Below the pieces are notes generated by a model, which saw nothing but the letters and a program-made list of their open reading frames with translations, ran no database searches and was not told where the DNA came from. Below, in pieces: positions 26,388 through 39,337 of a stretch of DNA of 64,000 nucleotides. Positions within the stretch are counted from its first letter, which is position 1. Each line of letters begins with the position of its first letter. Made by a program: the position numbers and the translations under genes. The DNA is from Octopus bimaculoides (lineage: Eukaryota): contig NC_068984.1 of NCBI RefSeq assembly GCF_001194135.2, positions 18,858,340 to 18,922,339 of the forward strand, in the 5' to 3' direction.

Positions 26388-26500
26388 TGTTTTCCCAGAA
26401 TGCTCACCTTCAGTACCCACTGCTTACAGATTCTCCTACAGAATTAAACAACCAATCACCAAGAGAAGAAATATCATTGACACATTCCATAACTGACAAG
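26388..26500 (+). CDS. Exon MFSQNAHLQYPLLTDSPTELNNQSPREEISLTHSITDK (GC donor, or terminal exon reading on to TAA near 26520)
   Basis: Strong tttttattttgttgcag| acceptor, phase 1. No in-frame GT donor before the stop; AAG|gcaata would be a GC-AG donor. Confidence 0.6.
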
Positions 26501-26701
26501 GCAATAATCTATCCTATATAACTTTAGTATTATTTGTATTAATTTATTTATTCATTTTCATTCTATTTAAACAAGCGGTGAACCCTGGTGGTCAAATATT
26601 GTAAGAGAAGTAATCTTTACTAAATCAAACATGGTAGTATAGGAAAGTTGGTTATACATCATTAGATGTATATACCTGACTTTCCTATATAAAATTAAGA
26701 A

Positions 26702-27030
26702 TATAACGGAACGCTGAACTCCAGACTATCAACTTAAACAACACTTTATTTAGGTGGTAAATATATACATCTTTAGCTTCTGTGTGTATGAGCATAGTTG
26801 TTGGGACGTTGTTCTGTAGTTGTAAGCGAGCTGTCGAGTGTAAGTCCGAAAGATGTAGAGAGACAGCTTAACACGTAAAGAGACTGTCTCCAGGTTGGAG
26901 TATTAGAGACACTCTTGACACGTCCGTGCTCATGGTCGGCCGACCGTAAAAGAGATAGAATTAAGCGGGAACGCTTGCTTGTTTAATTCAACGCATGCGT
27001 GAGACCACGCATGCGCACAGCGTTACTACA
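26702..27030 (-). mobile_element. Solo-LTR-like / promoter-like island
   Basis: Minus strand begins TGTAGTAACG, then two GCGCATGCGT/ACGCATGCGT motifs, AATAAA near the 3' end, and ends GTTATA. CpG-rich; no TSD found. Confidence 0.45.
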
Positions 27031-28448
27031 GTAGTATTAGACATTTGAATTTTAAATTGAAAAGCAAGAAAGATGCAAAGAATATACATTGAATGTACAT
27101 CTTTAATATTTTCACTCATTAGAAAGATCTTAAAATTTTCAGTTATAAGATTGTTTTTTTCAATAGACTGTGATACTTATGGCTTCATGGAACACATTAA
27201 GGGTAAGGATAATAATCCTTTCTACTGAAAGTGTTATATGGACTGTTAGATTTGTTTGTTGTTCATCCTAAGTCCCATATTTCAATATAGTTCGTCTGAG
27301 GTCTCTGTTTTGTTGCTGTTTTGAGTGACTGTCGGGGTTGAAGCTAATTGAGATATATGGCGAGGAAAACATTCTTGTTTCTTGATAATTAACATTCGGT
27401 GAGTGAGTTCTTTGTTTATAGTTAATAAATAAATGTGATAACTAAGTTGTACAACTTGTGTTTTCTCTGCGAGTTCCCAAGAGGAATACAACAGAAAGCA
27501 CAAGGCCTGAAATTTTGGGGCAGGGGACTAGTCAAGTACATCAACCCCAGTATTTCACCGGTACTTAATTTATCAAGCCCAAAAGAATGAAAGGCGAAGT
27601 TGACCTCAACAGAATTTGAACTCAAAATACCACTTAGCATTTCACCTGGCGTGCGAACAATTCTGCTACCTAGCTACCTCAAGGGTAATAATAACAATGG
27701 AAGGTATTTATGGTGGTTTTGATGCCAGTGATGCTAGTCGTGGTTATAGATGTTTTGTCATGATGCTAACAATGACAATGTTGCTAAGAATTGATGGTAA
27801 CATCAGAGGGACTGTTTTTACACAAATCTAGGTTAATATTTGTAAATGCATGTGCGAGGTGTCTTCTATTATAGTCCTGGGTTGATTAAAGCCTTATAAG
27901 TGAATTTAGTAGACAGAAACTGAAAGAAACTTATCATCATCATTTACTCTCTGTCTTCCATGCTGGCATGGGTTGGACAGTTTGACAAGAGCTGGAAAGC
28001 CTAGGGACTGCAATGAGCTCCACTGCCTGCTTTAGCATGGTTTTTACAGCTGGATGACCTTCCTAACACCAACCACTTTACAGAGTGGACTGGCTGTGTT
28101 TTATGTGGCACCAGCACCAGCGAGTTTACTACATAACTTACATACATACAAACATACATGCATATATATATTACCATTTAAAAATATTTTCTTTTTTCTT
28201 TTTTGTTTCTTTTTATTTCAACTGCCCCCCCCCTCCTCCCCTCTCTCCATAAACTTACAAGTACATACACCAACATGCACCTCCACCACTTCATATTGTA
28301 AACACGCTGACCACACACTATATACTTTCCTCTACTGAAAAAACTTATAGTAGCTGCCACAATTCTTCCCTTCTCCCTCTTACTTTCTCAATGCATATAT
28401 ATTTTCTTTCTTCTCCTAGACCAAAAACATTTCCCCACCATCTCCCTT

Positions 28449-28506
<58 letters not shown>

Positions 28507-28732
28507 GTGTGTGTGTGTGTGTGTATACCAGTGTCCCCTGACTGACTCCCATGCCAGTGGCATGTAAATAGCACCATCCGAATGTGGTCGATGCCAGTGG
28601 CCCGTGACTGGCTTCCGTGCCAAGGGCACGTAAAAAGCACCCACTACACTTTCAAAGTGGTTGGCATTAGGAATGGCCTCCAGCTGTAGAAACCTTGCCA
28701 GATCAGATTGGAGCCTGGTGTAACTCTTGTAC

Positions 28733-28763
<31 letters not shown>

Positions 28764-29411
28764 TGCACATGTGTGTGTGTTTGTCTAGCTGCTACATGGT
28801 AGCTGTTAACAGGCATCATCATCATCAAGCAAACAAGATTGTTAGTTTGCAGTCTTGTGTGAAAAATATATCAGGCTATGGGAGGGAAAATATTACCTTC
28901 TTTGGAAACTGATGGGGGTTGGTGACAGGAAATCTGCCTCAACAAATTTTGCTCTACCCATGCAAGCATGGAAAAGTGGACATTAAATGATGACGATAAC
29001 AATGATGATGATGATTATGATGATGACAATGATGACAACAATAGTTTTATGGACTATGTTAATGGTACTGATAATAATATGAAATTCAATAATAAAAGGT
29101 ATTTATGATGGTTTTGATGTTGGCGATGCAAGTCATGGTTATAATGGTTTCATCATGATATTAATAATGACACTGTTGCTAGGAATTGATTATAAATATC
29201 ATCAAAGTTACTGTCCTTTGTACTAATCTAGGACAATATTTGTAAATGTAATCAATCGATAATCAGTTATATTTCTGAGTATCTGTTTTGTTGATAAACT
29301 TCTTCTGCAGGTTTTCTTGTGCAGACAATAGTTTTGAACTTCCATTCAGTGTCTTATAAATGTGACTATTTGATGTCTAAACGTTTCTATTGTTTCTCTT
29401 CTTTGATTTAG

Positions 29412-29484
29412 TCAGATGACTTCGCTCTATCAACTTGCACGCAGAGAATAGATGAAATAGAAGGTGATACAATGCCTTCAGTTG
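29412..29484 (+). CDS. Exon SDDFALSTCTQRIDEIEGDTMPSV
   Basis: ttctcttctttgatttag| acceptor, G|gtatgt donor, phase 0 to phase 1; matches the 35111 exon. Confidence 0.6.
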
Positions 29485-30245
29485 GTATGTATGTTTGCCT
29501 TTGTGTTGAGATTAAATATTTTATCTTTTTCAATATTCTGAATGATTAACTTAAATTTGATATCTTGATATGTTCACAATTGATATCATATTTTGGTCAA
29601 ACTTTACCTTTCACCTCTTTGAGGTTAATAAAATAGAGTACCAGTCACATGCTGGGGTAAATGGTATCAACTAAAGCCTCTCATTTCAAATTTGCTGGCC
29701 TCATATATAAAGAGTTCCTCTACCTCTTTACAGTCTGAGTTCAACTCCCATTGAAGTCAACTTTGCCTTTCACCCCACTAGGGTCGATAAAGTAAAGTAC
29801 CAATCAAATCTTGAGATCAATGGTACTGACTAAGCCCCTTCTCTCAAAATTGTTGACTTTGTGCCTAAATTAGTAACCAATATAAGGCAGCAAACTGACC
29901 AAGTTGTGAGATCTTTAAATATAGTTCCTTGCTTTATTTGTTCCAAGTGTGGTGGATTGACAGAATCATCAGAGTGTTGGAAAATATGCGTCTTTCTAAA
30001 TCTTTAAGTTCTGTGTTCAAATCCTGCTGAGATCAACTTTGACTATTATTCTTCCAAGGTTGATAAAATAACTGGCACTCCATACACTATGATGGTAAGA
30101 GTTCCAGTTGATCCAATCAATGGAACAGCTTGAGAAATTAATGTGCAAGTGGCTGAGCACTCCACAGACATGTGTACCCTTAACCCTTTCATTACCGTAT
30201 TTATTTTGAGATGCTCTGTGTTTCTTTCAATTGATTTTAAATCAC

Positions 30246-30279
<34 letters not shown>

Positions 30280-31757
30280 TTTTAACGTCCGTTTTCCATA
30301 CTGGCATGGATTGGACCATTTGACTGGGGACTGGCAGACCAGGAGGCTGCACCAGACTCCAGTCTGATCTAGCAATGTTTCTACAGCTGGATGCCCTTCC
30401 TAACGCCAACCACTCCGAGAGTGTAGTGGGTGTTTTTTATGTGCCACTGGCATGGGAGCCAGTCAGGTGGCACTGGCATCGGCCACGTCCGGATGGTGCT
30501 TTTTACGTGTCACCGGCACGGGGAGCCAGTCAGGTGGCACTGGCAACAACCCATGCATGCATGGTGCTTATTGCATGCCACCAGCACCAGAGCCAGTCAG
30601 GCAGCACTGGTATCAGTCACAACTACAATTTCTGAATTTAGTAAAACAACTTAGTTGTCATTAAGCTGATGTTAGGAACATAAATTGTGACTAAGATTTG
30701 GTGGAAGATTTTAATTCAGAACTTTTGAAAACAAGACATTTATACTACAGAGCCAGAGGTGGTTTCAGGCAGGTTGGTATCAAATGGGTTAATATAATTC
30801 TCAGAGAGATTCAGTATGACACAGAATGTAACAAGGCTGGCCCTTTGAAATACAAGTACTACTCACTTACACAGCTGAGTAGAGTGGAGCAATGTGAAAT
30901 AAAGTGTCTTGCTCAAGGACACAACACACCACTGGGATTTGAACTTGCAACCTTATGATCATGAGCTGAATTCCCTAACACCACTGAGCCACATGCCTTC
31001 AGGTTGATAAAATAAAGTATTTGTCAAGTACTGGGGTTGATGGTATCAACCAATCTTCTCCCCTGTCTCAAAATTGCTGGCTTTGTCATGTCTAAATCAG
31101 AAATAATTACTGTAGTTTCAGATGCACAAAATACTGTTATCCTCAGAGATGGAATGTCTTTTATTGTAGATCTGTTCAATAAATGTTTAAAAACAACAAC
31201 AAATTGGCTATGTGCTTAATAAAGAAATCAATAAAGGAGAATTAACTTTTTTGCCAAAGTGGACTGAGACCAGGAAACACATTACTCCTAAGTTTGTAAC
31301 TCAATCTCCCCGTACAAGTTTAGAATCAATAGTCTATTATAGATCAGGAAGCCAGGGTCTTTTATTTTCACTTTCCTGAGATAACTTATATACATAAATA
31401 AATAAATAAATAAATAAGTAAATAAAATGGAGAAAGTCTGCTTAAAGATTATTATTTAGTCGTCAGGCTTGATGTATACTGAACTCTTTATCAGTGACAT
31501 TTATAAACTGCATTTCAAACCAATATAAGAAACTCTAAGCAGTTACCCAACATGAAGGAAATATCAACTAAATTTTGCCTCAAATTGCACAAACTGTCTT
31601 GCAAAGGGAGAGACACATTGGATAACAGAGTCTTAAACATAAAATACTTGCAAGAAGGAAGGAATGATCATGGCTGGAATGTTTTTAATCATAGGTCTGC
31701 TCTATCACAGCTAACCCAGGGTTAAATACTAACAACACTAGTGAGAAGGTATTAAAT

Positions 31758-32021
31758 CAGTGGTTCTCAACCATTTTTTTTTTGCTTATGGCTCTCTTTG
31801 ATTCTTATTTTACTCTATTAGACCTCCATAACAACTCAATGTATATAAAAAAGTATCTTACTGTATTTTTATAATTAAATATTATTAAGAATTGAATAAA
31901 AAAATTGTTAAAACATTTTGTATATTACAGAAGTATAAGTGATTTATTGCACATAAATTTTAACAAGAAAATCATGTATGGATCCTTTAAGGGCCACGTG
32001 GACCTCAGTTGAGAACCATTG
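31758..32021. mobile_element. hAT-like MITE
   Basis: TIRs cagtggttctcaac and gttgagaaccattg; TSD not preserved. Confidence 0.65.
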
Positions 32022-34121
32022 GTAAAATGCTGGGAAATTCTTAGTGGTGGAAATAATTCTTTCTCGTTTAGCACAAGGCTGGCAATTAGGAGAGGTTAAT
32101 CAATGCCATATAGAGATAAAAGAGTAAAGATCCCCTTCAGTCATGGGATTGCACACCTAGAAAGTTTCCCTCCAAGGTACAAGTCCAGGCATGGTTGTTT
32201 TTGAAAGACCAGCAGTCACCCATGCATAACAGACTCCCCCCTCGATGCTGCCAATGTTATCCAGGAGAAAGGCAAAGTCTGATATAGCTTGGAACCAGTG
32301 ACGTCACAACTCAATTCTACAGCTGAGTGAACTGGAGCAATGTGAAATAAAGTGTTTTGCTCAAAAATACAACACACAGCCCAGTCTGGGAATCAAACTT
32401 ACTATCTCACGATTGTGAGTCCTACACTCTAATCACCAAGCTGAAATGATATTACTGAAGAGAAGTTTCAAAGTGGTTATTTAATGAGGTTAAGTTAAAT
32501 TGAGAAAATTAAGTTAAATATGTCTAAGTTTAGAAAAAAAAAAAAAATGATAAACTTCAATTTCAGATGAAAACTTAAAATCGTATTTGGTGATTGCTGG
32601 CATGGTTGTAGTTAAAATGTTTGCTTATATCATGGTATCTGGGGTTCAGTCCCACAATACAACACATTGGGAAAATATTTACCATAACTTCAGATTGACT
32701 AAAATCTTGGGAATGAAATTTGGGAGAGAGAAAACTGGAAGCTCACAGACTGTACCTGCTCTTGAGCAATACAGGCTTCATTTAGCACTACTCATTGATT
32801 CATAGGTTTATTTTAGAAGAGCCCACTCAGTTGTAAGCTTTCTGATTAAGTTCTCAGGCTGAGAATAACGTCATCCTCTCCCTATCTCACCAGTTTCTAA
32901 GGCTCTACAAAAGGTCATGGGCATTGCACTTCCTGCCCTGATTCATTCATAATATATTCACACACACACACACACATACGTGCTCTCTCTCTCTCTCTTT
33001 CTCTTTCACACACACACAGGCGCATACATGTAAATATAAAATAATTGTATAACATATATGTATGTAGGTATAAAATAATTCACACTTCTTTCATCATCAT
33101 CATCATCATCTTTATCACCACCACCATCACTTACACTACCACCACCACCACCATCACTTACACTACCACCACCACCTCCTCCTTCTCCACCTCCTCCACC
33201 TCATTTTCATCATCATCATCATCTTTATGGATCATCATGGTCCACATAAATTCTTATTCAGCACCACAATCCTCACAAACAGCCCAGAAGACCACACCTT
33301 CCTTATACATTCCATTTTTGGCCTGGTTTCTACAACTGGATGCTCTTCCTATCACCCACTACTTTACAGCATACTAAGTGGATTTTATTGTGGTATCAGC
33401 ACTAGAGGGGCTGTCATGTTCTCAGCAAGACAAGATCAAAGAAATCTTCTTCGCCCTACATTTTCCCACACACTTGTCATCCCTCTACAGTTATTTCTTT
33501 ACTACCCACAAGGGGCTACACACAGAGTGGACAAACAAGGACAGACAAACGGATTAAGTCGATTACATCGACCCCAGTGCGTAACTGGTACTTATTTAAT
33601 CGACCCCGGAAGGATGAAAGGCAAAGTCGACCTCGGCGGAATTTGAACTCAGAACGTAGCGGCAGACGAAATACCACTAAGCATTTCGCCTGGCGTGCTA
33701 ACGTTTCTGGTTGCATTTTATCATAGCACCAACACTAGAGAAGTTAACATAACCTCAGCAAGATAGGACTAAAGAAATTTCTTGAACCTTTGCTTTCTCC
33801 ACTCCAACAACTTTAAATGTATCTATATCCATATANNNNNNNNNNNNNNNNNNNNNNNNNNNNNNNNNNNNNNNNNNNNNNNNNNNNNNNNNNNNNNNNN
33901 NNNNNNNNNNNNNNNNNNNNNNNNNNNNNNNNNNNNNNNNNNNNNNNNNNNNNNNNNNNNNNNNNNNNNNNNNNNNNNNNNNNNNNNNNNNNNNNNNNNN
34001 NNNNNNNNNNNNNNNNNNNNNNNNNNNNNNNNNNNNNNNNNNNNNNNNNNNNNNNNNNNNNNNNNNNNNNNNNNNNNNNNNNNNNNNNNNNNNNNNNNNN
34101 NNNNNNNNNNNNNNNNNNNNN

Positions 34122-34155
<34 letters not shown>

Positions 34156-34502
34156 GTAAAGACGCCCTTCAGTCATAAATGACCATGGGATTGCACCTAG
34201 AAAATTACCTTCTGAGGCACAAGTCTAGGCAAATTTGCTTATGGAAAACCAGCACCCACCCATGCATAACAGCCTCCCCCTCTCCATGCCACTGATGTTA
34301 TCCAAGGGAAAGGCAAAAGTTGATACAGTTTGGCTCTAGTGACATCACAACTCATTTCTACAGCTGAGTGAACTGGAGCAACATGAAATAAAGTGTTTTG
34401 CTCAAGAACACAACATACTGCCTGGTCCAGGAATTGAACTTGCTACCTCATAATTGTGAGCCTGATGCTCTAACCATCAAGCCTTCACTATATATATATA
34501 AG

Positions 34503-34912
34503 TGCAGGAGTGGCTGTGTGGTAAGTAGCTTGCTTACCAACCACATGGTTCTGGGTTCAGTTCCACTGCGTGGCACCTTGGACAAGTGTCTTCTACTATA
34601 GCCTTGGGCCGACCAAAGCCTTGTGAGTGGATTTGGTAGACAGAAACTGAAAGAAGCCCGTCATATATATGTATATATATATATGTATGTATGTGATGTG
34701 TGTGTGTATGTTTGTGCGTCTGTGTTTGTCCCCCTAGCATTGCTTGACAAGCGATGCTGGTGTGTTTATGTCCCCATCACTTAGCGGTTCGGCAAAAAGA
34801 GACCGATAGAATAAGTACTAGGCTTACAAAGAATAAGTCCAAGGGGCGATTTGCTCGACTAAAGGCGGTGCTCCAGCATGGCCACAGTCAAATGACTGAA
34901 ACAAGTAAAAGA

Positions 34913-34914
<2 letters not shown>
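34503..34914 (+). mobile_element. Full-length tRNA-derived SINE, family A (other copies near 18666, 20136, 24100, 54290 and, on the minus strand, 63370-63698)
   Basis: tRNA-like head (gtggctgtgtggtaag...gggttcagttcc), internal (TG)n and ...gactgaaacaagtaaaagagta tail; recurs across the window. Confidence 0.85.
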
Positions 34915-34947
<33 letters not shown>

Positions 34948-35110
34948 CAAGATAAATAGATAACTAACTAAATAGAGATATAGAGATGCTGAAACTTAAA
35001 ACTGATTTCTGTTTCTCTGAAACAGTATCAGCATAGAAAAGTTATATATCTCTTTGAAGTTTACAAACATTACAAAATATTGCGTCGTTCTGTTTTTCTG
35101 TTTTCTTTAG

Positions 35111-35313
35111 ATGTAGTTGCTGAAAATGTTTCCACAATAAAAAATGATAACTCGGATATTAAAACAACCAATTCTAGTTTTTCTTCTGACACTCCAATTG
35201 TTCCATCAAAGATCTCATCTGAGAATGTCCAAATTGATGCTTGCAGTCACACAAATTATAATAATGTAGCTGAGGAGCCAGAAACATCATTGGTAACAGA
35301 TCATGTTCTGACA
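35111..35313 (+). CDS. Exon DVVAENVSTIKNDNSDIK...EEPETSLVTDHVLT (S/T/N-rich)
   Basis: tttttctgttttctttag| acceptor, ACA|gtaagt donor, 203 nt open, phase 1 to phase 0. Confidence 0.7.
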
Positions 35314-35583
35314 GTAAGTGGAAACTTCAATGTATATTGGTTTGTAATAACTAATACATAATTTCTCTAAGTTGATTGGTTGTTCCTCTATGGCAAGGGA
35401 GAGAATTGTCTTGCCTAGAATCTATTATTTTCTAAATATCTTATAATTGTTTTACTGTTGATATACACTGATCAGTGTGCTGACAAAATCTAACTTCCCT
35501 CAGTTGATTGGTTAATTCTCTCTCTGTCTCTCTCTCCACTATCTCTCTGACTAGCAAAGGAGAGAATTGTTTCACCAAGGGTC

Positions 35584-35861
35584 TGTAGTGGCACGAAATT
35601 ATAGCCGCCATTGAGGAAGTACTATTTTGTGCATGCGCAGGGGACTTCACCACCGGAAGCCCCTCGAGTGCACATGCGTAGTAAAACTAGTACTTAAAGA
35701 GTGAGTTTCACTTTCTTAGGCAGTTAAGCGACAGACCTTCTACGTGACAACTCCTCGCTCCTCAATGAAGCACTCTTCACCTCGATGCCTTCGATGGTGA
35801 TAGCTACTTGCTTCTCTGGCAGGCATCAAGGAAGCTCTTAACTTTCCAATACCAAACTACA
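35584..35861 (+). promoter_or_regulatory. Promoter-like / solo-LTR-like island
   Basis: TGTAGT...ACTACA termini. Contains GCCGCCATT (YY1-like), TGCATGCGCA (NRF1-like), CCGGAAG (ETS-like) and a |gtgagt donor at 35701. No TSD. Confidence 0.45.
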
Positions 35862-36644
35862 ACTTAATCAGCGGCTGCTAAGCTGAATGACAGGAACTGT
35901 GAAACCAAGCATCATCAGAAAAATAAAACTTATTTTTATTATGTTGTTGAATTGTTCTACTGTTCCTTAATATATATTTATGTTGAAAGGTGATAGAGAG
36001 AGACTAAAGTCTCTATGACAACTATCAAACTTTTACAGGTCCATATTTTTCTTTTTAACTCGACTTGTAATGACTTATTGTTGATATATACCAATTACGA
36101 TAACAATAATGATAAGAAGGCTATAAAAGCAGAGTTGGGAAAGAATGAGAAGAAAATTCCTGTGTAACAACTACAGTCTTTTGTAGTGAAGTAGATTTGG
36201 GTCAGAGACAAACAAATGGAAACTTTATGGTGGGATAGAGAGAGTCAGTCTAAAAACTCAGTACACACTTAATATGGCCAGGTTTTAATCAATTTTCAAA
36301 ACTTATTTATTATTCTGAAGACGCTAATAATCCTTTCTGCTATAGGCACAAGGCCTGAAATTTGGATGGTGGAGACTAGTTGATTACATTAACCCCAGTG
36401 TTTCACTGGTACTTAATTTACTGACCCTGAAAGGATGAAATACAAAGTTGACCTCAGTGGAATTTGAACTCAGAACGTAACAATAGGCAAAATGCCATTA
36501 AGCATTTCGTCCAGCATGCTAATGATCTACCAGTTCATTACCTTATTTATAACTAATAATAAACAGATTTTAGTGATACATAAATAATTAAAACAAAAAT
36601 ATTGTATTTTTTATTCTCATTTTTAATATTCTCTTTTTGAATAA

Positions 36645-36752
36645 AATTATTCCATTTTGAACAGAATTATTCTCGTTTTGGTTGGAATTATTTCATTTTG
36701 AATGAAACTATTCCATTTTGATTGGAATTATTCCATTTTTAATGGAATTATT
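36645..36752. repeat. About 20-bp minisatellite (ggaattattccattttgaat) x5-6
   Basis: Directly visible tandem units. Confidence 0.8.
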
Positions 36753-36762
36753 GTTGTATTGA

Positions 36763-36995
36763 AGGCAGCAAGATGGTAGAAACGTTAGCACGCCAGGCGA
36801 AATGCTTAGCAGTATTTTGTCTGTCTTTACATTCTGAGTTCAAATTCGGACAAGGTTGACTTTGCCTTTCATCCTTTTGGGGTCAATAAATTAAGTACCA
36901 GTTGCCTACAGGGGATCAATCTAATCGACTGGCCCCATCCCCCAAAATTTCAGGCCTTGTATCTAGAGTAGTAAAGATTATTCTTGTATTGAATG
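36763..36995 (+). mobile_element. tRNA-derived SINE, family B (other copies 7557-7780, 27500-27670, 33480-33710, 36340-36545, 37725-38175, 38520-38720, 46560-46750)
   Basis: Recurrent gttagcacgcc...gagttcaaattc...gactttgcctttcatcc...gtaccag body. Confidence 0.8.
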
Positions 36996-38863
36996 TGAAA
37001 TGGTATAGTCTTTAATAATATAACCACAAAGACAGTTCTTGATTTTTTACTAAAACTTCAAAACAAAACTATTTGATGTTTACAATAACAAATTACAATA
37101 TATGCATTGTTGGTATTATTTAGTCCCAGTTCCAGCCACGTTCATCAAGTCTTTAGGTGACTACAGAAATTGCTTGACAATACTCTCAACCATATCTTTA
37201 AGTGTTATTGTCATACATGTCTTAAGTTGATTCTAGTTAAGATGAATATTTTTATCAATAACACTCAAATAAGTCAAACACTACATATGTAAGTGCAATC
37301 GATCTCATAACTAATACTGTTTGATATTACTGTCCTTTTCTTCCAATCTTATATGATAAACATTATACACTTTTCCATAGACTAATTCAATATGACGTAT
37401 TGATATTGGCTGACAGACCTAATGGTCAGTTATTTGAGTGATATAAAATTACAGTCATTGAATCACATTAATATAATGAAATTGTTGGAAATAATACCAA
37501 CGGATAATTTTCTAATTCATTTATTGTTGTGTACAAACCTTCTGTAGTATGTATTTAGGTTTCTTGCATTTCTCTGGTTGCATTTCGTTTGGGTATATAT
37601 GTGTGTGTGAGAGAGTGTCATCATCATCGTTTAATGTCTACTCTCCATACTGTCATGGGTTGGACGGTTTGACATGGAGCTGGCTAGCAGGGAGCTGCCT
37701 GGACTCCAACTGTCTGCTGTGGCATAGTTTCTTATTTCTTTATTGCCCACAAGGGGTTAAACATAGAGGGGACAAACAAGGACAGACAAAGGGACTAAGT
37801 CGATTACATCGACACCAGTGCATAACTGGTACTTAATGTATTGACCCCGAAAGGATGAAAGGCAAAGTTGACCTTGGCGGAATTTGAACTCAGAACCTAA
37901 CGGCAGACGAAATACTGCTAAGCATTTCGCCCAGCATGCTAATGTTTCTTATTTCTTTACTGCCTACAAGGGGCTAAACATAGAGGGGACAAACAAGGAC
38001 AAACAAAGGGGTTAAGCCGATTACATCGACCCCAGTGCGTAACTGGTACTTAATTTATCGACCCCCGAAAGGATGAAAGGCAAAGTCGACCTCGGCAGAA
38101 TTTGAACTCAGAACGTAATGGTAGATGAAATAGCGCTAAGCATTATCGCCCGGTGTGCTAATGTTTCTGCCAGCTCGCTGCCTTGTTGTGGCATAGTTTC
38201 TATGGATGGATTCCCTTCCTAATGCCAGCCACTTAACAGAGTGTGCTGGGTACTTCTTACGTGTCACCATCACAGATGCATTTACGCAGCACTGGCACGG
38301 GTGCTTTTTACGTGCCACTGGCACCTGAAAGGACAAACCTATATGTGTGAAGACAACGATTTTACTTAGCTTGACATGTCTTATCAAGTACAGCAAATTG
38401 CCACATCTCCTGGTCCCTTGTCATTTCCCCAGTGAGACCCAATGTCTGAAGACCCTTTTTCACCCGTTTATCCTATGTCTTCTTGGGTCTACCCCTTCCA
38501 TGTGATTATAATGCATTCTACTATAGGTATAAAGCCTGAAATTTTAAGGGAGGGATATAGTCAATTACTTTGACCACAGTGCTCAATTGGTATTTATTTT
38601 ATCAACCCTGAAAGGCAAAATTGACCCTGGCAGTATTTGAACTCTGCATGTAAAGATGGACGAAATGATACTAAATATTTTTCCCAGCATGCTAATGATT
38701 CTGCCAGGTCGTCACCTTCGTGTGTAGTTATAATAAAAATAAAATAATTAGCCAATACTTTTTGCAGAGAAAATATTTATAATACATTTATAAAAGTGGT
38801 GACTGACTTTGAACTCTGGATGGGTGGATGAACAGACACCCACATTATAGAAAAAATTTTCAG

Positions 38864-38925
38864 AAGTGCACTACTTCTGTAATATGGGAGTTACGTGCTT
38901 CCATCACACCCATATGCGTGAATAT
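38864..38925 (+). CDS. Possible alternative exon KCTTSVIWELRASITPICVN(I)
   Basis: ttttcag| acceptor in phase 0, AT|gtatgc donor in phase 2; splices in frame to 39076. No homology recognised. Confidence 0.3.
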
Positions 38926-39075
38926 GTATGCGTCATATTCTTTAAAGTTAGAAAATAAAATGGAAATAGTGATATTATTTGGCAATCTTCAGGCATCTCA
39001 CCTGTTTTTAGGCATCTCACCTTGTTTTTGTTCCTATTCCTTTCTTGTTTTTTTTTGTTAAAAAAAATTCTTCAG

Positions 39076-39229
39076 TTACTTTTGTTTCAACAATGGAGAT
39101 TACGTGAATAGGATCAGAGACGTTTTGCCCCACGCAGAAACTGTAGAGGCTACTCAGAAGTTTTGCAAGCCTGGAAACCTTTCCGTATTGTCAGCAGTAT
39201 CCCAGGGTCACAAGCGTTTTGTCCCTTAA
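39076..39229 (+). CDS. Possible alternative terminal exon YFCFNNGDYVNRIRDVLPHAETVEATQKFCKPGNLSVLSAVSQGHKRFVP*
   Basis: Long polypyrimidine tract + ttcttcag|, 50 open codons ending in TAA, CpG-retaining sequence. No homology recognised. Confidence 0.3.
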
Positions 39230-39337
39230 TCTGTATGCTACACTACACAAGCAAAGACGTAGAAGCTAATGAAAATAACTTTTCAAATTTTTAATCCACT
39301 TCATTCCCAATTTTTTTCTTTTAATTTTTCGAATATA

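Noticed and set aside
26860-26940. gccgaccATG with good Kozak context on the minus strand
   Set aside because: Stop after 21 codons and no convincing donor; better explained as LTR-like sequence.
35441-35653. Minus-strand ORF with AATGGCGGC start (MAAIISCHYRPL...) as a nested gene
   Set aside because: It runs into locally duplicated sequence, and no downstream minus-strand exons were found.
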